Assembly (NCBI GenBank): GCA_963717515.1
Contig: OY970338.1
Coordinates: 1,595,593-1,659,592, forward strand
Reading direction: 5' to 3'
Length of the DNA stretch: 64,000 bases
DNA from: an uncultured Candidatus Woesearchaeota archaeon
Lineage (GTDB): Archaea > Nanobdellota > Nanobdellia > Woesearchaeales > DSVV01
Part shown: positions 57,632 to 64,000 of the stretch, piece by piece
How the letters are laid out: each line of letters starts with the position of its first letter
How positions within the stretch are numbered: position 1 is the stretch's first letter
The notes under the pieces: generated by a model
The model's database searches: none
Told to the model about the DNA's origin: nothing
The model's input: only the letters and a program-made list of their open reading frames with translations
Position numbers and translations under genes: made by a program

Positions 57632-58045
57632 ATGGAAAAAAGGCCTTTGGTCGGCATGGGGGTCGCAGTCCTGAAAGGAGATAAGGTGCTTCTAGGCAAG
57701 CGGAAGAACAGCCATGGCGAGGGCACATGGTGCTTTCCAGGCGGACACCAGGAGTTTGGGGAGAGCTTCGAGGACTGCGCAAGGCGGGAGACCCTCGAAG
57801 AGACTGGGATCAGGATAAAGAACATCAGGCTCGCGACTGTGACTAATGACATATTCGAGAAAGAGGGCAAGCATTACGTCACTGTATACATGGTGGCTGA
57901 ACATGATTCAGGCGAGGCAAGGGTAATGGAGCCTAACAAATGCGAGACGTGGGGATGGTTCAGATGGGACGAGCTTCCAAGATCGTTGTTTCTCTGCCTC
58001 GAGGATGCAATCAAGCAGGGCTTTGACCCGTTCAGGGTCCCGTAA
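57632..58045 (+). CDS. NUDIX hydrolase (MutT-like)
   Basis: NUDIX box GGHQEFGESFEDCARRETLEETG. Confidence 0.8.
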   Translation: MEKRPLVGMGVAVLKGDKVLLGKRKNSHGEGTWCFPGGHQEFGESFEDCARRETLEETGIRIKNIRLATVTNDIFEKEGKHYVTVYMVAEHDSGEARVMEPNKCETWGWFRWDELPRSLFLCLEDAIKQGFDPFRVP

Positions 58046-58077
58046 TATTTATAAGCAGCGCTTTTCTACTGTTTAAT

Positions 58078-58413
58078 ATGGGTGATGCTGACAAGGTTGC
58101 TTTCTGTGGGCTTTACTGCGCAGAGTGCTCCAAATTTCTTGATGAGAGATGTCCTGGGTGCAGGGAGAATGGGAAGGCAACCTGGTGCAAGGTGAGAGCA
58201 TGCTGCCTGGAGAATGACTTCGGAAGCTGCGCAGACTGCAGGGAATTTTCAGACCCGATGGACTGCAGGATGTACAACAATTTCTTCTCAAAAGTGATGG
58301 GTGTAGTTCTGCACTCTGACAGAGGCGCATGTATCAGAATGATTAAGCAAAAGGGCTATGATGGTTTTGCAGAACACATGGCAAAGAACAAGATGAGGAC
58401 AATCAGGAGGTAA
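58078..58413 (+). CDS. Cys-rich DUF3795-like protein
   Basis: CGLYCAECSKF...CPGC...CKVRACC...CADC pattern. Confidence 0.45.
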   Translation: MGDADKVAFCGLYCAECSKFLDERCPGCRENGKATWCKVRACCLENDFGSCADCREFSDPMDCRMYNNFFSKVMGVVLHSDRGACIRMIKQKGYDGFAEHMAKNKMRTIRR

Positions 58414-58415
58414 TA

Positions 58416-58607
58416 ATGGACAAAGAAAATGAACAGAGGCGTCGTCGCAGGGAGGGCAGGTTCCCGACATTTGCTGTCGTGCTGCTGATCCTTGGCTTGA
58501 TATGGCTGCTCAGCGACCTTAATGTTATCAGGGTCGACATCCCCTGGATACCTATGGTGCTTGTGATTGTCGCTATCGGGATGATTGCAAACAGGTACAG
58601 GAGATAG
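58416..58607 (+). CDS. Small membrane protein
   Basis: 63 aa with Arg-rich N-terminus and two predicted TM helices. Starts 3 nt after the previous stop. Confidence 0.3.
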   Translation: MDKENEQRRRRREGRFPTFAVVLLILGLIWLLSDLNVIRVDIPWIPMVLVIVAIGMIANRYRR

Positions 58608-58610
58608 GCT

Positions 58611-58811
58611 TCAATTAATGAACATTGCATAAATAAGCCATGCAAGGCTCAGGATGAATATGAGCCCGAAGAGCCAGCTGTAGCTTTTTACGAACATGCT
58701 CGCATACGCGCCGACAATCAGGCCTGATGTGAACATGAAGAGCTTGAATGCGCCAATGCCCCAGACATCGAGCTTTTTGTACTTTCCCATTCCCCAGCCG
58801 ATTAATCCCAT
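58611..58811 (-). CDS. Small membrane protein
   Basis: 66 aa with two predicted TM helices. Sits at the 3' end of the hdr operon. Confidence 0.3.
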   Translation of the reverse strand: MGLIGWGMGKYKKLDVWGIGAFKLFMFTSGLIVGAYASMFVKSYSWLFGLIFILSLAWLIYAMFIN

Positions 58812-58814
58812 TCT

Positions 58815-59699
58815 TTAATCCCCTCCAAGTTTTTTGATAAAAGAATCATCCTTCAGCCTCAGGTTCTCATAGCCTATGTCTTCCAATGTCATGCCCATGG
58901 CAAGCCCGAGGACCTGGAGATAGTGCATGACCATGGTTGTCTTGAATCCCATCTCATCTGCGACATGCTTCTGCCGTAATTCATAGTATTCAAAGCATGT
59001 GGGGCAGACGACAGTCAGCAGGTCTGCATCGAGACCTGAGAGCTTGTCCTTCATCATCTGCTTAGCTGCCTTCTCGTCGACATTGAATATGGGAAACCCG
59101 CAGCACAATGATTTCTTCGGATAATCCACAGGGTCAGCTCCGAGGAATGCGACGAGCTGGTCGAGCTTCACCGGGTTCTCCGGATCGTCGAATCCAAGCC
59201 TCTTCGAAGGCCTCAGGATATGGCAGCCGGAATGCGTGGCTATCTTTATCGGGAGTTGTTTTATTATCTTTATGCTGTCTTTCTTCTCATGGATGAGCTG
59301 GGCATAGAACTTGATGTCTGATATGCCCTTGTACTCGAGTCCCTGGGGCTTGAGCTTGGCATTTATTGGTTTTCGGATGTCGAGGTCCTCAAGCTTATGC
59401 CTAGCCTCCACAAGCGTCTGGGTGCAGCCCGTGCACATCGACAGAATCGGCAGGCCTTCTTTCTCTGCTGTCGCAAGGTTCCTTGCTGCGATCAGGAGCC
59501 AGGTATCGATGTCGACGTCTCTTGCAATCCTTGATGTCGGGCAGCAGACAAAATCGAGGTCCTCGAGGGCGATGTCCATCCTCTTGAATATATCCCTTGC
59601 GAGCTTCTCTATGTACGGCGCGCGGTACTGTATTGTGCAGCCTATGAAGAATGCGTACTTCTCCTGCTTAATCTCTTCCTGCTGGTTCTCTTCTGTCAT
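58815..59699 (-). CDS. hdrB: Heterodisulfide reductase subunit B
   Basis: Two CCG-type Cys-rich domains (FVCCPTS; KSLCCGFPIF). Confidence 0.85.
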   Translation of the reverse strand: MTEENQQEEIKQEKYAFFIGCTIQYRAPYIEKLARDIFKRMDIALEDLDFVCCPTSRIARDVDIDTWLLIAARNLATAEKEGLPILSMCTGCTQTLVEARHKLEDLDIRKPINAKLKPQGLEYKGISDIKFYAQLIHEKKDSIKIIKQLPIKIATHSGCHILRPSKRLGFDDPENPVKLDQLVAFLGADPVDYPKKSLCCGFPIFNVDEKAAKQMMKDKLSGLDADLLTVVCPTCFEYYELRQKHVADEMGFKTTMVMHYLQVLGLAMGMTLEDIGYENLRLKDDSFIKKLGGD

Positions 59700-60148
59700 T
59701 TGTTTTCAGGCGTATTCAAATTCTGCTGCTTGACTGGTTTTAGGCCGAGCTCCTCCCTTTTTTTGTTCGTGAGTTCGCTCAACGGGTATGCAGAGCCTGT
59801 CTCGAGCAGGTGGCTGAATGCTGCCATGGCTTCCTGTTTTTTCTGGGGAGTCACGAGGTTCTCCCTTATGGCGATGTTCTTGAGCTTGACTATGACCTCA
59901 TATGGGTTGACATCCTGCGGGCATCTCTCATTGCATGAATTGCATGTTATGCACCTCCACAGATCATCGTTGAGTGTCCTGTCCTGCATGCCCCTGAGGC
60001 ATTCGAGTATGAATTCCCTGGGCGAGAAATGGCCGGAATACAGTGTCGCAGGGCAGGATGATGTGCATGTCCCGCACTGGAAGCAGCGCTTCAGCTTTGG
60101 GATCTCATCTACTATCTTCTTCCTGAGTTCATTATTGATTGTTTCCAA
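59696..60148 (-). CDS. hdrC: Heterodisulfide reductase subunit C
   Basis: Two 4Fe-4S motifs (CFQCGTCTSSCP; CITCNSCNERCP). Confidence 0.85.
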   Translation of the reverse strand: METINNELRKKIVDEIPKLKRCFQCGTCTSSCPATLYSGHFSPREFILECLRGMQDRTLNDDLWRCITCNSCNERCPQDVNPYEVIVKLKNIAIRENLVTPQKKQEAMAAFSHLLETGSAYPLSELTNKKREELGLKPVKQQNLNTPENK

Positions 60149-62528
60149 TTTCCTTGAGCTCCCTTACGAGTTTTGTCACGTATTCAGCGAACCTGTTGCC
60201 CTCTGCTGCGCTTATCCAGTTCAGCTTCAATCTTTCGCTCGGTATGTTGTATTTTTCAGGCAGCTTCTTCTGCAGGGCCTCAATGCGCTTCTTTGCAAAG
60301 TGGTTGCCTGATATGTAATGGCAGTCTGACGGGAGATGACATCCTGTCACCCAGACTATCTGCGCTCCCTTCTCGAATGCCCTGAGCACGAATTTATCAG
60401 AGACCCTGCCTGAGCACATCACACGAATGACCCTGATCTCCGGAGGGTACTGGAACCTTGAGACGCCTGCAAGGTCTGCGCCTGCATACGAACACCAATT
60501 GCAGCAGAATGCGAGTATCTTCTCTTTCGGCTTGTCTGCAAGAGCGGCGTCAATCTGAGCCATTATCTGCTGGTCTGTGAAATGCTTCTGGTCAAGGGCG
60601 CTGACAGGGCATTCTGCAACGCATGTTCCGCAGCCATGGCACTTGACCTCGTTGTGCACGCATTTCTTGTCGACGAGTGTGTTCGCTCCGTACGGGCACG
60701 CCCTCACGCACGCTCCGCAGCCTATGCATTTCTCCTTGTCGACGATGACTGTTATACCTTCGATGAATACCTTGCCCTTGTTCATGGGGATAGCTGCCCT
60801 GGCAGCTGCTCCGCTGGCACTGGTCACGCTGTCTTTTATGTCCTTAGGGCTCTCTCCCGAACCTGCCAAATATATCCCGTCGCCAGGGCTGTCCAGGGGT
60901 TTGAGCTTCGGGTGAGATTCGAGGTAGAACCCGTCATTGTTCCTTGGGATGTGTAATATCTCTGAAACTTCCTTCGACGACTTGTTCGGCACCATGCCTG
61001 ATGCCAGTATCGCAAGGTCGACCTCCTGACGGAAGACCTCGCCTGTCAGCACATCTTCGCCGACGACAATAGGGTTCTTCTCATTCCCTTCTTCTATGTG
61101 CGAGACCCTGCTCTTGATGAACTGCACCCCTGCATTCCTCGACCTCTGGTACAGTTCCTCAAAGCCTTTTCCGAATGCTCTTATGTCAATGTAGTATATG
61201 AATACATCAGCGTCAGGCACATGCTCTTTTATCAATAATGAGAGTTTGATGGAATTCAGGCAGCAGACATTAGAGCAGTACTCGTTTCCGCATGTCTTGT
61301 CCCTCGAGCCCACGCACTGGAGGAATGCGAATGATTTCGCGTGCTTTTTGTCTCTTCGGTTCAATGCTCCTCCTGTAGGTCCTCCTGCACAGACAATGCG
61401 CTCGAATTCTATTGAGTCTATTACATTCTCATACCTGCCGTAGCCGTATTCTGTCTTCTCAGCAGGGTTGAAGCTCTCGCAGCCTGTAGCTACGATTATC
61501 GTCCCGACCTTGAACTTGTGCGTGACCTCTTTCTGGGTGAAATCTATTGCATTTCTCGCTCCGCAGACATCAGCGCACTTGTAGCACTCGATGCACTTGT
61601 CAGGGTCGATGTAATACTTCTGGGGCACTGCCTGGGGGAAGAAAGCTGATATGGCCTTTGAAGGTTTCAGGTCCCTCTCGAACTTGCTAGGCACAGTGAC
61701 AGGGCATTCTGGAGTGCATTCCCCGCAGCCAGTGCACTTGTCCATGTCCACGTACCTCGGCTTTGTCACGGCCTTCACATGGAAGCTTCCTATGTAGCCT
61801 GTCACTTCCTTGACCTCTGTGAATGTGAGGAGCTTTATGTTAGGGTGCCTGCCCACGTCGACAAGCTTCGGCCCCTCGATGCAGATGGAGCAGTCCATTG
61901 TCGGGAATGTCTTGTCCAATTGAGCCATGCGCCCGCCGATGCTCGGCTCTTTCTCGACAAGGTATACTGCAAATCCCATGTCGCCGAGGTCGAGCGCTGC
62001 CTGGCACCCTGCAATCCCTCCGCCGATTATCAGGGCCTTCTTCTCGACAGGGACGCCGATGTTCTCCAGGGGCTGGAGAAGCCTTGCTTTTGCAACAGCC
62101 ATGGCAACTATGTCCTTTGCCTTCTCTGTCGCTTTCTCCTTTTCCCAGAGATGCACCCATGAGCAGTGCTCCCTTATATTTGCCATCTCAAGGAAATACG
62201 GGTTCAGACCCACTTCTGTGAGGCATCGCCTGAACGTGGGCTCGTGCATCTTAGGCGAGCATGCAGCTACGATGACGCGGTTGACGCCGAAATCCTTTAT
62301 CGCTTTCTTTATCGAGTCCTGGCCAGGGTCTGAGCATGAGTAGATGTTGTCGTCGGATAAAACCACGTCAGGCAGGGTCTTTGCATATTCTGTGACAGCC
62401 TTGACGTCGACGACACCGCCGATGTTCTTTCCGCAATGGCAGACAAAGACACCTACTTTCGGCGCATCAGCTATTTGAGCCTTCGGTTTGGCTTTTGCCT
62501 TCTCTTTTCTTTCACTCTTCTTTTTCAT
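60132..62528 (-). CDS. hdrA: Heterodisulfide reductase subunit A fused to an MvhD-like domain
   Basis: N-terminal VGVFVCHCGKNIGG block, FAD GxGxxG (IIGGGIAGCQAA), inserted and C-terminal ferredoxin motifs, then an MvhD-like tail (FCCNWCSYAGADLAG...RLKLNWISAAEGNRFAEY). Confidence 0.88.
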   Translation of the reverse strand: MKKKSERKEKAKAKPKAQIADAPKVGVFVCHCGKNIGGVVDVKAVTEYAKTLPDVVLSDDNIYSCSDPGQDSIKKAIKDFGVNRVIVAACSPKMHEPTFRRCLTEVGLNPYFLEMANIREHCSWVHLWEKEKATEKAKDIVAMAVAKARLLQPLENIGVPVEKKALIIGGGIAGCQAALDLGDMGFAVYLVEKEPSIGGRMAQLDKTFPTMDCSICIEGPKLVDVGRHPNIKLLTFTEVKEVTGYIGSFHVKAVTKPRYVDMDKCTGCGECTPECPVTVPSKFERDLKPSKAISAFFPQAVPQKYYIDPDKCIECYKCADVCGARNAIDFTQKEVTHKFKVGTIIVATGCESFNPAEKTEYGYGRYENVIDSIEFERIVCAGGPTGGALNRRDKKHAKSFAFLQCVGSRDKTCGNEYCSNVCCLNSIKLSLLIKEHVPDADVFIYYIDIRAFGKGFEELYQRSRNAGVQFIKSRVSHIEEGNEKNPIVVGEDVLTGEVFRQEVDLAILASGMVPNKSSKEVSEILHIPRNNDGFYLESHPKLKPLDSPGDGIYLAGSGESPKDIKDSVTSASGAAARAAIPMNKGKVFIEGITVIVDKEKCIGCGACVRACPYGANTLVDKKCVHNEVKCHGCGTCVAECPVSALDQKHFTDQQIMAQIDAALADKPKEKILAFCCNWCSYAGADLAGVSRFQYPPEIRVIRVMCSGRVSDKFVLRAFEKGAQIVWVTGCHLPSDCHYISGNHFAKKRIEALQKKLPEKYNIPSERLKLNWISAAEGNRFAEYVTKLVRELKEIGNNQ

Positions 62529-63468
62529 CTGTCTTCACGAGCCCTGTCTTTTTTGTCATATCGATTATCTTCCTGAGATTGTTGTTGTTGTGATACAGAG
62601 ATTTTCCCTCTGTCCTTGTCAGCTTCTCTATCGCCCTGCTCCAGGCATTGGAATATCCTTCGCCCTTGTGGATGATGCTTGTCCTGCTTGACTTGATCAA
62701 ACCGTACGGGCAGGCATTCTTGCATGCGCCGCAGTAGAGGCAGAGGCTCTCGTCCACCTTGATTCTCTTCATCTCTCTGCTGCTGTCGAAGCGGGTTATT
62801 ATGTTTATAGGGCAGGCTGCCACGCACTCCTCGCAGCCTTTCGGGCAGTCCTTTGTGACCTCATGCTTTCCTGTGTATAACTTCCTTGCTTCTGTGTTGT
62901 TTATCGCCTGTTTTTTTGGGAACTCCGGGAGCATGTGCTTTTCCAGATATTCATTCTTCGGCTCGCCATTGTATGTGAGGTTTATGCATTCCAATGGGCA
63001 GAAATTCACGCAAAGGCCGCAGAGCACGCACTTGTCATTCATCGTCTTCTTTTTATCCTTTATCTCGACAGCCTCTTTCGGGCAGACGAGCGAGCATATC
63101 TCGCAGTCAGAGCATATCTCATTATCGAACCAGAACCTCACATGGTCGACGTACATGTCGATCCTCTTCTCTTCAATGTGCTTCTCAGGGTGGCGTGAGT
63201 ACTGTCTCAATCGGATTATCCTTCTTTCGATGAACTTTATCAGGTTGTCCTTGAGCCTTATGTTCCTTATGTCCCTTGCAAGCCTCTGGTCGCCGATGCT
63301 TCCTCTTATCCAGTTGTAGAAATCATTCTTGTCTGCATTATTGAACAATGCATAGGTCTTGCTGTCCATGGTCTTGAGGGCTTCTGCTAATCCTCTGAGA
63401 TTTCTGATGCTCATGCTGCCTATGATAAAAGGGTCGGCATTGGATAGGTATCTCTTGAAATCATCCAT
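62512..63468 (-). CDS. Polyferredoxin-like protein (four [4Fe-4S] motifs) with about 110-aa N-terminal domain of unknown function
   Basis: CSDCEICSLVCP, CVLCGLCVNFCP, CPKGCEECVAACP and CLYCGACKNACP. 17-nt overlap with hdrA. Confidence 0.7.
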   Translation of the reverse strand: MDDFKRYLSNADPFIIGSMSIRNLRGLAEALKTMDSKTYALFNNADKNDFYNWIRGSIGDQRLARDIRNIRLKDNLIKFIERRIIRLRQYSRHPEKHIEEKRIDMYVDHVRFWFDNEICSDCEICSLVCPKEAVEIKDKKKTMNDKCVLCGLCVNFCPLECINLTYNGEPKNEYLEKHMLPEFPKKQAINNTEARKLYTGKHEVTKDCPKGCEECVAACPINIITRFDSSREMKRIKVDESLCLYCGACKNACPYGLIKSSRTSIIHKGEGYSNAWSRAIEKLTRTEGKSLYHNNNNLRKIIDMTKKTGLVKTDEKEE

Positions 63469-63934
63469 CTTTCTTCAGCTTCCTTATGAGCCCCTGGAAA
63501 TTATGCTCTGTCGCCGGCTCAAAGCTCAGTGCACCCTTGGGACAGAACTCGACGCATTTGGGCTTGTCGAATTCCTTGCAGAAGTCGCAGACAAACGCGT
63601 TCTTCTTGTTGAGCGCAAGGGTAATCGAGCCGTACTGGCATCTGGTTATGCAGAGCCCGCATGCAGTGCACCTGTCCCCGTCTATCTTTATCATCTTTTC
63701 CTTGTCGTCGTATATTATGGCCTGGGTCGGACAGCCTTTCACGCAGTCAGGATCTTCGCAGTTCACGCATGACATGGCGATATTGACTATCGGCTCTATC
63801 CTCACGACCTTCATCCTCGAATGGCGCAGGTTCAGGGACTTGTCCTTGTATGCTGCGCAGGCGTATTCGCATATCCTGCAGCCGTTGCAGAGCTCTGTGT
63901 CGCAGATGATGATGTTTCTCGGCTTCTGTTTCAT
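63461..63934 (-). CDS. 2x[4Fe-4S] ferredoxin-like electron-transfer subunit (HycB/DmsB-like); the frame stays open to the window end
   Basis: CNGCRICEYAC, CVNCEDPDCVKGCP, CTACGLCITRCQ and CDFCKEF...CVEFCP. No in-frame stop between the ATG at 63934 and the window end. Confidence 0.65.
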   Translation of the reverse strand: MKQKPRNIIICDTELCNGCRICEYACAAYKDKSLNLRHSRMKVVRIEPIVNIAMSCVNCEDPDCVKGCPTQAIIYDDKEKMIKIDGDRCTACGLCITRCQYGSITLALNKKNAFVCDFCKEFDKPKCVEFCPKGALSFEPATEHNFQGLIRKLKKDG

Positions 63935-64000
63935 CTTATGCCAAGCTCCCTGAGTTTTGATCTTGTCGGGATCCCTTTCTCGTCCCAGCCCCTGGATCTG

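Noticed and set aside
63486-63953. 155-aa plus-strand ORF at the window end
   Set aside because: It is antisense to the ferredoxin gene, which has four clean Cys motifs.
1-64000. CRISPR arrays, rRNA genes, transposase or integrase genes
   Set aside because: I saw no regularly spaced direct repeats, no rRNA-like conserved stretches and no recognisable transposase or integrase ORFs. The only mobility-like signals are the TA pair, the AT-rich islet and the tRNA-adjacent paralog.

Overview
This 64-kb window is gene-dense and looks archaeal, most likely a euryarchaeon related to methanogens. Archaeal markers include an archaellin with a class III signal peptide, GatD and GatE, aMBF1, class I LysRS, deoxyhypusine synthase, a Dph2-like protein, a Cdc48 AAA ATPase, an archaeal class I CCA enzyme, TruD, and an HdrA-MvhD/HdrC/HdrB operon with ferredoxins. 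I found no rRNA genes and no CRISPR arrays. The one RNA candidate is a tRNA-like locus that appears to carry an unusually long insert or intron. Accessory content includes a sucrose-type module (SPS-like GT4 overlapping an SPP-like HAD phosphatase, plus a GH-like hydrolase), an MNT/HEPN toxin-antitoxin pair, and an AT-rich islet. It also includes a two-component cluster with unusual sensor and regulator architectures (a 9-Cys C-terminal tail on a histidine kinase; an HTH-REC regulator with a degenerate GGDEF-like domain). Further accessory features are a ChlI-like AAA+ ATPase with a vWA partner, a RimK plus retropepsin-like pair, a MinD/ParA operon with two paralogous helical proteins of unknown function, and a secreted beta-helix/discoidin gene broken by two frameshifts. 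A palindromic candidate operator sits between a TrmB-family regulator and a 1438-aa fusion of two BadF/BcrA ATPase domains with an HgdB-like domain. All calls are by eye from motifs in the supplied translations. Start codons are frequently uncertain and several coordinates were adjusted from the ORF track.
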